Shown here: positions 18,501 through 27,431 of the stretch, one piece after another
How positions within the stretch are numbered: position 1 is the first letter of the stretch
Layout: each line of letters begins with the position of its first letter
Assembly: GCA_942493095.1 (NCBI GenBank)
Contig: OW818675.1
Coordinates: 1,320,001-1,352,000, forward strand
Direction of reading: 5' to 3'
Length of the DNA stretch: 32,000 nucleotides
From: Candidatus Electronema halotolerans
GTDB taxonomy: Bacteria; Desulfobacterota; Desulfobulbia; Desulfobulbales; Desulfobulbaceae
Notes under the pieces: model-generated
Told to the model about the DNA's origin: nothing
What the model saw: the letters and a program-made list of their open reading frames with translations, nothing else
The model's database searches: none
Program-made: the position numbers and the translations under genes

Positions 18501-20992
18501 TAGCCCCATTCACCATTCTTGATGAACCACTGATAATCAATATCCTCGCGCACCAGCCGCCAGTGCATTTCGCCTTTCTCCTGCGGTTGGCCCTGCTCGT
18601 TCAGGGCAATGATTGCAAATTTAGCCTCACTTTGCTCAGGGATCTGCAAATCAGCAAAGTCTGGCTTGAGGCCCAGATATTCCTTGAGATGACGAACAGG
18701 CACACTGGTGGTTGCGGTCACGGCCCTGCCGTCAATATCCAAAACATCAGCCCGCACCACAGCCTTGAGTGGCTGAAGGGTGTTGAGCGGCTGGCCAGCC
18801 AAAGTCAGGGGCAGGATGCCGTGTCCTTTTGCATCGGTACTGATGTCCGGCAGCTCAATCGCAGCCAGACCCGGTTCCTCCTTGTCTCTGCCAAAATAAA
18901 AATCAGCAAAATCGGCAAAAGGATGGGGTTCATAGTGCAGCTCCATATTGGCTTTGACACTCAAATCCGAGCCGGGCGAGCCGTAGTAGTAATCCGCCTG
19001 CACCTCGGCTTCAGCCTTGCCTGTCGCACTGAGAATGCCTTGCGGCTCCAGCCGCACTTCCAAGCGCGGCGGCTTGAAGGATTTGACCTCAAAGCTCGTC
19101 TGTCCGACCGGCTTGGCTTCCACATCCGCATACAGGGCGGCAGTCCAGTTGCCGGAGCGGGCAGAATTGGCCAGATTTATGGTGTCTGCATAGCCGCCCG
19201 CAGAGTCAGGCTGAAGCAGCCGTTCAAGTAGCACCTTGCCGTCCGGGCCGCTGACCCGCAGGGTCATGGGTGGGCAGGCAGCATAACGGGCAATGCGGTC
19301 GCGGACAATCGCGGTCAGATGCACGCTCTCGCCGGGCCGGTAGATGCCGCGCTCCGTATAGAGATAGGCATCAAGAGGGCCTGGCGCAGTTCTACCGCTC
19401 ACACCCCGGTCACTGAGATCAAAGGGAGCCTGTTCGAGTTGGAGAAAGGTGAAGCCGTGCTTGCTGTCCAGAGCCATGAGATGCACAGCCGCTTGGCCGC
19501 CTTTACCTTTGAGCAGGCCAGGGGCAAAACGGACTATGCCCTGCTCATCCGTGCTCAGATTAGCCAACGGCGTATTGTTCTTCGCGTACAGGCCGATCTC
19601 CAACCCGGTAATGGGCAGAGCGGTCTCCAAGCTGCGGGCCGCCACGGTAAGACCGTCGCTGCCCTGATAGGTGGTCAGGCCAATGTCTGTGACCACAATC
19701 CATTGGCTGGCTTGATCTTCCCAGCGGCGTTCGTCTTCGTCGCCATCCTTGCTCTGCTCGGCAGACAGCACGTACAAACCCGGCGCAACAGCCAAGACAT
19801 CCTGCGGCAGCACCACATTGCTGGTCATGATCTTGTCCTGCGCCGGACTGGGAATTTCCGTTCTGCCCTGCCAGACCTCCTCGCCGACCGTCTCCTGAAT
19901 TTGGTCGAGCTGATACCCGCTCAGTTTGCGGCGAAAGTTGTTTTGGACAAACTCGCCCAGGATGTTGCGCTCATGAATGCGGAAGAGCTGGAGCTTGACC
20001 TTCTCGACATTCACCGAGTTCAGGCCAATGCCCCGGCTGCTGCGGTCAGCCAGAATGTAGTCACTTTGATTAAACCAGAGCGCGGGCGGGCGATGGCCGG
20101 TTGTAACGGTCAGGGTCACAGTCTCCGGCAGGGTGCGATTCTCCACCTTCATGCCGCTGCGCACGGTCACTTTATAGGAAGTGCCCCAGTCAGCCCCGCT
20201 GATGCAAAGCTGTCTATATCTGACTGAAAAATCAGCATTGACAGCCGGGCTGATCTGAATGTAGTCGCCGTAATGAAAGCTGTCCGGCTTGGGCAGCTCC
20301 TCATTGAAGCGCAGACAGAGCTTGGGCAGACTGCTGTCATTGTCTGTCGAGGTGCTCTGCACCTTCAAGGCATTCTCGGCAAGCTGCTTCCGCCGCAGCT
20401 CGGCCAGCCGCCTCTCCCGCTCTTCTTTCTGCCGTTTTTTCTCAGCAGTCAGCTCCTCTTTCTGCTGCTGCCGCAGACTGTCCGCCTTGCCGCTGTCATC
20501 GCCCAATTCCGCCAGCTGCTCATACACAGCGATGGCGGCAGGAGTCCAGTTGTCCTGCACTGTGGTGCGTTTTTCCAAGGCTTTGCCGAGCAGGGCAAGG
20601 GCCTGCTTTTGCATGTCTGGAACATCTGCGGCCTGCCACGCCAGCCAGCTACTCCAGCTCGCCTTTGGCCATTCCCCGTCGCAGGCAGCCGCTTTGGCAA
20701 AGGAGAGCCAGAAGGCTGCGTCTGTATTTTCTCCCAGCAAGACGGCCTGTTTGTGCAAGGTCATGGCTGTATAGCATTGATCCGCAGCGGTCATGATTGC
20801 CGCCGCTTGCATGAGGATGGCGGCCTGTTCCGATTCAGGCGGGGATGTGCCGGAACGGGCGTATTCAACAGCAAATTTTTTGCTTTCCTGCTTTATGTCC
20901 TGAAGGCTGTGGTCCGCCGCAGCGGCCAGTGTGGACAAGGAGCAAAAGCAGAGCAGGAGGAAGACAGCGGCGGTGCGGATGACTGATTTCAT
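15569..20992 (-). CDS. Bacterial alpha-2-macroglobulin family protein (YfhM-like), with signal peptide and thioester motif
   Basis: 1807 aa; signal sequence MKSVIRTAAVFLLLCFCSLSTLAAAA; MG-type repeats (TERGIYRPGESVHLTAIVRD, DVRLEP-like); thioester motif YPHGCLEQLTSR (CLEQ codons at 17039-17050). Confidence 0.93.
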   Translation of the reverse strand: MKSVIRTAAVFLLLCFCSLSTLAAAADHSLQDIKQESKKFAVEYARSGTSPPESEQAAILMQAAAIMTAADQCYTAMTLHKQAVLLGENTDAAFWLSFAKAAACDGEWPKASWSSWLAWQAADVPDMQKQALALLGKALEKRTTVQDNWTPAAIAVYEQLAELGDDSGKADSLRQQQKEELTAEKKRQKEERERRLAELRRKQLAENALKVQSTSTDNDSSLPKLCLRFNEELPKPDSFHYGDYIQISPAVNADFSVRYRQLCISGADWGTSYKVTVRSGMKVENRTLPETVTLTVTTGHRPPALWFNQSDYILADRSSRGIGLNSVNVEKVKLQLFRIHERNILGEFVQNNFRRKLSGYQLDQIQETVGEEVWQGRTEIPSPAQDKIMTSNVVLPQDVLAVAPGLYVLSAEQSKDGDEDERRWEDQASQWIVVTDIGLTTYQGSDGLTVAARSLETALPITGLEIGLYAKNNTPLANLSTDEQGIVRFAPGLLKGKGGQAAVHLMALDSKHGFTFLQLEQAPFDLSDRGVSGRTAPGPLDAYLYTERGIYRPGESVHLTAIVRDRIARYAACPPMTLRVSGPDGKVLLERLLQPDSAGGYADTINLANSARSGNWTAALYADVEAKPVGQTSFEVKSFKPPRLEVRLEPQGILSATGKAEAEVQADYYYGSPGSDLSVKANMELHYEPHPFADFADFYFGRDKEEPGLAAIELPDISTDAKGHGILPLTLAGQPLNTLQPLKAVVRADVLDIDGRAVTATTSVPVRHLKEYLGLKPDFADLQIPEQSEAKFAIIALNEQGQPQEKGEMHWRLVREDIDYQWFIKNGEWGYEEIVLDQEAQRGQLAWDKAGPVPLAVATDWGRYRLELLNKDNILLTSLHFTAGEQLVGESDTPDSVKVVLDRQSYKVGDIAKLTLTSPYPGQASLVLANTTVNGLRNFALSGKEQTIEIPVEDGWGAGVYALVTVYRPGKGQQKGADRAVGLIWLPVDPAPQRLELTVNAPEQTRPRQVLPVPVAVKGAEAGSEIHLTLAAVDEGVLQLTQFVSPNPIDWFFGKQQLGLDIRDMYGQLIIPPNSKPLTLRSGAGEDGLRGAPQSNVKVVSLFSGVVRAGDDGTVTVPLDIPDFNGKLRLMAVAWSKEKTGAASQAMRVNDPVVISPSLPRYLADGDQSSIQVLIENIDGPAGQYQASWRAEGAVTLLGPEQSAAVVQLEQGRRQSLSFPVTASGIGSGKLHLLVNGPQGYSYAGDFDLNVRGKYLPTLTRTYSKIEPGAVLTLNKETLSGLHPATAKVDLSISSAPNVDVAGLLGELDRYPHGCLEQLTSRAMPLLYANQLAERFAYPADKNLPDRVQAAIDLILQKQRGEGSFGLWSDSDDEEPWLSAYAMDFLGRAREKGFAVPDYFYKKGLDWLTDEVKHSDRKDKHLEALAYAHWVLARAGQARHEDARYLFDTRFDKISSPLAQAQLAGTLALLGDQERAMKGLQAALRSADTEAASWWSYGSRLRDLAAIISVLDETGLTQVDPASAWQELTGQLSKRKYFSTQEQAALIMAALTLDKGQPLDLEITEASPAPQENKPEAESPSLLGRFLSAMNLGSDTPKEEAAPAVTEKKESSFFSLSRSGDTLLDQPVTLRNKGQVAVWAVLTVQGAPTNEPPPMENGFTIQRTWYSSAGEPLALDKVPQSELAVVLVEGEAKEGGNYHALLIDLLPAGFEIEKAVSGKDAEAFDWLPELSSFRYTDARDDRFVVAFDTEQLKPLTRNNPVRPFSFAYLVRAVTPGSYALPPSEVEAMYRPEYRARGKAGIVTVDKK

Positions 20993-21061
20993 GGTGTTTA
21001 TGAATGACTGATAGATAATGAAAAGGCATGGAAGACAGGAGGAAAACCGTGGGCTGCAAAG

Positions 21062-21115
21062 GCCTCACAGCACGCACTGCCGTCACCGTGTTGCTCGGCC
21101 CGCTCTCACCTGCTT
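21062..21115 (-). repeat. Displaced copy of the 3' end of the FnIII-tail gene at 22819 (direct repeat copy 1)
   Basis: AAGCAGGTGAGAGCGGGCCGAGCAACACGGTGACGGCAGTG (21075-21115, minus) identical to 22825-22865; shared GTGAGGC continues after a 4-nt indel. Confidence 0.9.
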
Positions 21116-21126
21116 GCCAAGTTTTG

Positions 21127-22710
21127 CTATTTCCGCCAGCGACTGACCGCCAGCTCCAGTTTTTGAAGAAAAACTTTCAGCTCAGGAGAAGCATTGAGCT
21201 GGAGCAGCTTGCGTACAACCAAACGCAAAAAGTCTTCCTCTTGATATTGAAACTCGCGGGCCAAGTCATACATCATATTTTTATAGATGTTGCCGGGCTT
21301 GTCCGCAGCATTGCTGTATGCCTGCTGAATTTTTTGCATTGTGGTTACAATCAGCTCACCCGCCTCGCTGCGTTCCATAAGTTCGCCGACTTGCTGCTTG
21401 TTTGCTTCCAGAGCTTTCCAGAGAAATGGTTCCGGGCCAGATTCACCGGGGAGAAAAAGCGGCTCAATCAGAAACCCGCCGAATTCCTTTGCCTCCGCCC
21501 GCAGCGTCCCGTCTAAATTACGGGCATCGCCATCCAAGACAAAAAGAGTGCTGTCCAACTGCCCAACTTTGCCGAAGGCGCGGACATGTTCGGCAAACTG
21601 ATTTTTCCCAGTATCAGTTCCAATCAATATATCGTTGGTATGCAAGCCAAGTTTTGGCATCAGCACATCCATGCAGCCATGCAGCACGGCTTTGGCTTCC
21701 GAGTCCTCACAAATAATGCTGAGTTTGTTCAATGCCTGACCGTACAGCACACGTTGCAGCACATCTTGATAGGCAGGCTTGAGCACAACATTCCGATAAT
21801 CACTGCTGCGCTCCAAAAAAATGCGGGCCTCTCTGGGAACAGATTCCAGCACTGCCGGACTGTGGGATGTGACCACGATCTGCAAATCGTTGCGCAAGGC
21901 CAGCCGTTGCAGCTCAAGCATGAGCTGCTGCTGCGTGTAAGGATGCAGGCCAGCCTCCACTTCGTCAATCAGCACCAAGGTGTTTTGAAGATTCGAGAGC
22001 TGCATGGAAAGCCGCAAGATAGTCCGCTCGCCTGATGACATGTGAAACTCGGAATAGCGTCCGCTGGCATCCGACCGTTCCGCCACCAGCAGGTCGCGTC
22101 CTCCAGAAATTATTTTGTTCATCCGCACATATTTAAAAGGCAGCACATTTTGGGCAAAGGCTATCAGGTCTGCGGTCACCTCCTGAATTTTTTCATATCT
22201 GGCACCTATGTTCAATACACTCCGCACTTCGCCGGGATTGGAGAGATTGGCCAATGTGCGCACAATCACTTCGCGTTGAGGCTGACGGACTCCCTTTTTC
22301 CCCTGAAAATTTGGATTCCATCCCTTTGTCAGCCGCCGCCAAGTCATTGGCAGCGGTCCCGAAGGAGTGTTGAACAGGTAGCTGATTTCAGCTTTAGTTA
22401 TTTGGTCGTCCAAGTCTTCCCCGCCATCTGTCCTCCTGTTTCTGAAGTTGGGAAAAAGCGTGGCAGGCTTAAAATCACGCAACCCGGAACCGGGCACATC
22501 ATACGCGCAGGCCAAAGCCATCAGCACGGTCGTCTTGCCACAGGCATTTGGTCCTGCCAAGACAGCAACCGGATAATTGAACTCAATGATCAAGTCTTCA
22601 ATACCGCGCAAATTTTTAATCCGAACCTGCCGGAGCATATCCTGCTGCGGATTTCTTTTTCCTCTCAACTGATCCCAAATCTGCTCTAAATTACGCTGCA
22701 AGGAAGACAT
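21127..22710 (-). CDS. AAA/ABC-type ATPase with TOPRIM-like C-terminal region (OLD-like)
   Basis: RIKNLRGIEDLIIEF, Walker A LAGPNACGKTTVLMAL, signature MSSGERTILRLS, LVLIDEVEAGLHPYTQQ, VVTSHSPAVLE, then IICEDSEAKAVL...LFVLDGDA consistent with an E...DxD TOPRIM-like fold. Confidence 0.82.
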   Translation of the reverse strand: MSSLQRNLEQIWDQLRGKRNPQQDMLRQVRIKNLRGIEDLIIEFNYPVAVLAGPNACGKTTVLMALACAYDVPGSGLRDFKPATLFPNFRNRRTDGGEDLDDQITKAEISYLFNTPSGPLPMTWRRLTKGWNPNFQGKKGVRQPQREVIVRTLANLSNPGEVRSVLNIGARYEKIQEVTADLIAFAQNVLPFKYVRMNKIISGGRDLLVAERSDASGRYSEFHMSSGERTILRLSMQLSNLQNTLVLIDEVEAGLHPYTQQQLMLELQRLALRNDLQIVVTSHSPAVLESVPREARIFLERSSDYRNVVLKPAYQDVLQRVLYGQALNKLSIICEDSEAKAVLHGCMDVLMPKLGLHTNDILIGTDTGKNQFAEHVRAFGKVGQLDSTLFVLDGDARNLDGTLRAEAKEFGGFLIEPLFLPGESGPEPFLWKALEANKQQVGELMERSEAGELIVTTMQKIQQAYSNAADKPGNIYKNMMYDLAREFQYQEEDFLRLVVRKLLQLNASPELKVFLQKLELAVSRWRK

Positions 22711-22776
22711 GATGGCTTTTTTCTGTCGTTTTATATTTTTCCTGCATTATACAAAATCCGCAATTATGGGGAAGAG

Positions 22777-22810
22777 AAAAAAAAAGCAGGGCCTCGTGCA
22801 AAATCCTGCT
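22777..22810 (-). terminator. Rho-independent terminator for the gene at 22819-23103
   Basis: Minus strand AGCAGG-attttgcacgaggc-CCTGCT followed by a T-rich tract. Confidence 0.6.
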
Positions 22811-22818
22811 CAACTGCC

Positions 22819-23103
22819 TCACAGCACTGCCGTCACCGTGTTGCTCGGCCCGCTCTCACCTGCTTTGTTGACCGCGATGACCCGATATTTCCACTCCTTG
22901 CCGTGCTCCTGATTGTTCAGGGTGATCTCTGTTGCCAAGGCGGTGGGAACGCGGAGGTCAAAATTTCCTGAATAGCTGCGGCGCGGATTGATGCCTTTCT
23001 CCTTGCAGACCTCCAAGAACACAGCAAGCGACTTGCGGAATTCCGCCCGCAGCTCGTCAGGCGTGCGGCCAGAACCGTCATGATATTCATGGTTCCACTC
23101 CAT
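22819..23103 (-). CDS. Small chimeric protein: HicB-like antitoxin segment joined to a fibronectin type III C-terminal strand pair
   Basis: RKSLAVFLEVCKEKGINPRRSYSGNFDLRVPTALATEI resembles HicB-type tails; EWKYRVIAVNKAGESGPSNTVTAVL matches the end of an FnIII domain. Confidence 0.6.
   Translation of the reverse strand: MEWNHEYHDGSGRTPDELRAEFRKSLAVFLEVCKEKGINPRRSYSGNFDLRVPTALATEITLNNQEHGKEWKYRVIAVNKAGESGPSNTVTAVL
22825..22865 (-). repeat. Direct repeat copy 2 (source copy inside the FnIII-tail ORF)
   Basis: 41 bp identical to 21075-21115. Confidence 0.9.
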
Positions 23104-23503
23104 GCTGTTTCAGCCAGTTGCGTATGCGCTTCCGCAGCATGACAAACAACTGGCTTGATTGCAAGCAGAAAAAGCGCGGTTTTCACCTGCCTGCGCCCTT
23201 TGTCTGCGAATGACGCTTGATAGGCGGGTATTTCTTTGGTATAGGCTGCAAGGTGAAAACTGTTGCGCAGCAAGGCTGCTGGGAAACTTTTGCGGAAAAG
23301 GATGAGAAAGCATGGCATCACGTGATTTAGAGATTATCAAGAAAATAGAAAAAGAACTGAATCAGAATCTGCGCAGAGTTGATAAACTTGGATCAAAACG
23401 CTTCTGTTATATTGCTGATGAGCAGGATCAAGTCACCGTCCTGCGGTTAAGTGAAGCTGGTCTCGCCAATTCTAATATATATTTTCATCTCTTTAAAGAG
23501 CTT

Positions 23504-23830
23504 ACTAATCTTAAAACATTCGATCTAAGCTTTAATCAAATCAATGATATTTCCTTTCTCAAAGACATGAGCTATCTTCAGACGCTCAATTTAAGTCTCA
23601 ATCAGATCAGTGATGTCTCCTCTCTGAAAGAACTCTATCATCTTAAAACTCTTAATTTAAGTTCAAATCAAATTAGCGATATTTCATTTCTCAAAGATAT
23701 TGTCCATCTTCAGTGGCTAAATTTAAGTTTTAATAAGATCAAAGATATTTCATTTCTCAAAAATCTTATCCAACTTCAGACACTCAATTTATGGAATAAT
23801 CAGATCATCCGCTTGCCGGAATGGATTACA
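23504..23830 (+). repeat. Five 22-aa leucine-rich repeats encoded in the ROCO gene
   Basis: TNLKTFDLSFNQINDISFLKDM / SYLQTLNLSLNQISDVSSLKEL / YHLKTLNLSSNQISDISFLKDI / VHLQWLNLSFNKIKDISFLKNL / IQLQTLNLWNNQIIRLPEW. Confidence 0.9.
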
Positions 23831-25172
23831 GAGTTGTTCCCTGAGATTGTCTGTTCTGATTATTTTGAAGTTTACAAAATCAACGTCGGTAATAATCCCC
23901 TGACCCATCCGCCGCCAGAAATCATCAACCAAGGCCGCGAAGCCATCCGCGCCTATTTCCGCTCCTTTGAAAAAAGCGAAGCTGTCAAATTGCACGAATC
24001 CAAAGTGCTGCTGGTTGGCGACGGCAAGGCCGGAAAAACCTCGCTGCTCAAACAGTTCCAAGGACTGGACTTTGATGAGCATGAATCCCAAACCCACGGC
24101 ATAAATGTCCAGCCGCTTTCAGGCAGTGAGATAGCAGGTTTTGCCAATCCTGACCAAGACTGCCGCCTCCATTTCTGGGATTTCGGCGGGCAGGAAATCA
24201 TGCACGCCTTGCACCGCTTCTTCATGAGCAACCGCTCGCTGTACATCCTTGTCTTGGACAGCCGCGACGACACTGGCAGATGCTGCTGGCGTTGGCTCCG
24301 GCACATTGAGAAGTACGGCGGCCAGTCGCCGCTCATCGTGGCCATGAACAAGATTGATGCCAACCCGTCCTTCAATCTCGAACAGAAGAGCATCAATGTC
24401 CGTTTCTCTCAGATCGAAAACCGCTTCTTCCGCATCTCTTGCAAAAATAAGGACGGCCTGCCGGAATTAGTGCGCAGCATGGCCGCATCTGTGCCGAAAA
24501 CTCCGCTGTACGGCTTTGAAATCAGCAAAGCATGGCTGGAAATCAGGAAACAGCTCGAAGCGGCAACCGGCGCGCAGAACTATATCAGCCAGGAGCAGTT
24601 CATTGCCATCTGCAAAGAACACGGGGTTGAGGACGAGACAAGCCGAATCACCCTCCTCAAGCTGTTCAATGACTTGGGTACCTTGCTCTTTTTCGAGCAG
24701 ATAAAACTGGCTGACATTTATGTCCTTGATCCGCACTGGGTGACGGTCGGGGTCTATAAAATCATCAACTCAGCCCGAACCAAGGACGGAATCCTGCACG
24801 AGGAGGATTTGGATTTCATCCTCAAGCAGGAGGATATCCGCTGCGATGAATATGACCCGGCCAAAGAGAAATGCTTTACCTACACCGTCCAAGAGCAGGC
24901 ATATCTTGTCCGCATCATGGAGGAGTTTGAGCTGTGCTACCGCTATGACAAGCATCAGCATATTCTGCCCAATCAGCTTCCCAAGGAGCCGGAACAGGAA
25001 CCAAAGCTGACAGGTGAACATCTGCTCGGCTTTGTCATGGAATATGACTATCTGCCTTCTTCGTTCTTTTCCCGCCTCATGGTCCGCTTGAAGGAAGATA
25101 TTCCAGACCGGCGGCGGCAGTGGCGGTACGGGATGTATCTCGAAAACAAGCAATTCGGCGTGGAAGCAATTA

Positions 25173-26217
25173 TAGCGGTTTCGTATTGAACAGATATCAA
25201 ACCCAGCAATGACGGAAAAACGATTTGATTGATTTTGACTTAACCGTTTTCAGAGATATATCATAAGCTTCCATCAGCTCACGCTCTGTTCTCGGCTTCA
25301 ATTTTCTTATAGTGTTTTTCATTACTGACCAGCAGTATTCAATAGGGTTCAGTTCAGGACGATAAGGAGGGAGGAAAATGATCTTCGCTCCTGTACTTCT
25401 GATCAAAGCGAGAGCTTCTTTGTTTTTATGAGGACTGGCATTGTCAAGAACGACTGTCTTGCTGCTGTCAAGATATTTCAAAAGATAATTTTTTATATAG
25501 AAATAAAAGACATCTCCTGTCATGGTGCCTTTAAATTTCATGCACTTCAATATTTTTCCAAACTTTACAGCTCCTATCATGCTTATTCTTTTCCCTTTAC
25601 CTGAAGGTCTTTTTGAAAAAGCTCTTGTTCCTTTTCTTGATCTTGCAAATTTTCTCGACATGTTCAAACAGCATCCTGTCTCATCAATAAAGATGAAATT
25701 CTTTTTGTCAGCCTCGAGCAGGCCTGCAAGGTAATTAACTGTCTTTGCTATATTTTCCTCTTTATACGCCGCCGGATCGCGGAAAGTTTTTTTTTCCGGC
25801 TGATTTTCAGTCTGGCGAGAGTTTCGCACAGCGTGGAAGGTGCTATTTTTAAATTGAATTTCTCGTATAAGCGATCACACATCTCTTCAAGCGTAAGATC
25901 GTTCTCGTCATCAATCATGCTGGTCAGAAAAGGCATATGAACTTCCTTGATTTTCGGAGGATTTCCGCCTTTATGAGGCTTCGGCTCAAGCGTCCCCTCA
26001 GTCTTCCATCTTTTTACAAGACTTTGAACAAATTTATAGGAAACGTCAAGCAAATCTGCAGTTCTTCTCAATGATTTCTGTTTTTCATAAACAGACAAGA
26101 CTTTCTTTCTGAAATCAATAGAATAAATCATGGCAGACCTCCGTGTGTAAAAAAATGGAAAAAACAGACAAGTCAAGTTTAATCTTTTTCTGATAACCAT
26201 ACAACCTGAAACCGCTA
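25173..26217 (-). mobile_element. IS630-family (Tc1/mariner-like) insertion sequence, about 1045 bp between TA duplications
   Basis: Ends TAgcggtttc... (25171-25182 tatagcggtttc) and ...gaaaccgcTA (26208-26219 gaaaccgctata) are inverted repeats flanked by TA; encodes a DDE transposase in two overlapping frames. Confidence 0.9.
25197..26131 (-). CDS. IS630 family transposase, probably expressed by -1 frameshifting (HTH frame to 26131; DDE frame to 25197)
   Basis: N-term MIYSIDFRKKVLSVYEKQKSLRRTADLLDVS (HTH); C-term FIFIDETG, VVLDNASPHKN, LPPYRPELNPIEYCWS. Frames join at an A9 run (plus-strand T9 25787-25795). Confidence 0.88.
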
Positions 26218-27058
26218 TATCAGGATGCAGGAGCAGGCAAACAGGATTACAATCAGCATTCAAGGCGGGCTGCACAGCAAAAGGCAGTATCTGGCTGTGA
26301 TCCGAGACGCTATTTCAAGACTTGGCTTTCAGGAGCTGAAACCGAAAGAGCTGGTTGAATTGCCCGGACATCCTGATACATTTGTAGAGTATGAAGAGCT
26401 GCTCGGTTATAAGCGGGCCGGAAGAGATGAATATTTTCACGGGAGATTAGGGAAGGCTTTCTCTGTCTCTGAACTGTTGGATAGTGTTGTCAGTAAGGAA
26501 GAACGAATAAAGGAAGGGAGAAATGTTATGAGTGTATCATTTAACAATATTGGCAATCCGCAGGTGCATCAGAATGTGCATCAAACCAACACGCAGACGA
26601 ACAGCCAGCAGCAGTCTGTTGATTTGCTCAATCAACTCAGAGAAGCGCACGGGCTGTTCCGCAATCTGAAAGAAGATATCCTTGCAGAGGCGGATATTGA
26701 AATCGAGGATGAAAAGGAAAAGAAACGGGTTCAGAATGAGCTGGACAAGGCGGAAAAGGCCCTGACTGAGGCGGAAAGCGCGGCTGAACAGGGAAAGGAA
26801 CTGGATGCTGCGACAAAAAGCCGCTTGGAGGAATTCTTCACCAGCCTTGCCGACAAAAGCTCCCGCCTCGGCAAAGCCTTGGAATTTGTTGATCAAGGAA
26901 CAAGAAAGATGCAGGAACTGGCCCGGACGTATAACAAGGTTGCGGCAAACATCGGCCTGCCTGCTGTGCCGCCGCTCCTGCTGGGGCAGGAGAAGGAATG
27001 AGACAAACGCTGACAGCCTGAACAGGCACGATTCAGATAGAAATTCAACTGTCCAGAA

Positions 27059-27325
27059 TCAGTCTTCATCATGGTCGTTTTCTTGGGCAGAGAAAATGGT
27101 GACTCCCGTAAGCACGGCAATCATCAGGGCACCAAAAAATACGGTCAAGGCAATGAAAGAGGAACAGGTGCAGTTTATTCCAGTCAAAAGAAACTGATGC
27201 GTCATATTTGCAGATTTTCCTCGTGAGTGTCCAGAAGCAACTTCTGTGCTCACAAGAGAAGCAAATAGCATACCAGCTTGGCTTGTCTTGAAATTTTGTC
27301 TTGTTTTCCTTGCCCTGATGGACAT
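27059..27325 (-). CDS. Possible small single-TM protein
   Basis: 88 aa ORF with hydrophobic SFIALTVFFGALMIAVLTGVTIF and acidic tail; weak support. Confidence 0.35.
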   Translation of the reverse strand: MSIRARKTRQNFKTSQAGMLFASLVSTEVASGHSRGKSANMTHQFLLTGINCTCSSFIALTVFFGALMIAVLTGVTIFSAQENDHDED

Positions 27326-27431
27326 TCAGCCTGCTTCGCCTGACTGGAGGCAGCATCTTGTTCATCCTCCTGCTGGGCACTTTTTTCTCTTCTGCCGAAC
27401 AGATGGGTATCTTTTATCCAGCTGCCGCCCC

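Larger units (their letters stand above)
23312..27001 (+). pseudogene. LRR-Roc-COR (ROCO) protein gene interrupted by the IS630-type element; joined coding sequence 23312-25172 + 26220-27001 (about 880 aa)
   Basis: LRRs (LKTLNLSSNQISDISFLKDI), Roc GTPase motifs (VLLVGDGKAGKTSL, WDFGGQE, AMNKID), COR-like region (IEKYGGQ...LGTLLFFEQ...LDPHWVT). Removing 1047 bp gives continuous ...FGVEAII-RMQEQANRITISIQGG... Confidence 0.88.

Noticed and set aside
17912-19231. 439 aa plus-strand ORF, plus others of up to about 300 aa opposite the A2M gene
   Set aside because: Antisense shadows of a GC-rich, clearly conserved minus-strand gene; no recognisable domain
23504-23830. Tandem 66-bp periodicity as a possible CRISPR or minisatellite
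   Set aside because: It is the 22-aa leucine-rich repeat array of the ROCO protein; units are diverged coding repeats without spacers
25197-26275. Two separate genes within the IS630 element
   Set aside because: They are two frames of one transposase joined by a -1 shift; residues 1-48 of the 175 aa ORF are upstream read-through before the likely start at 26131
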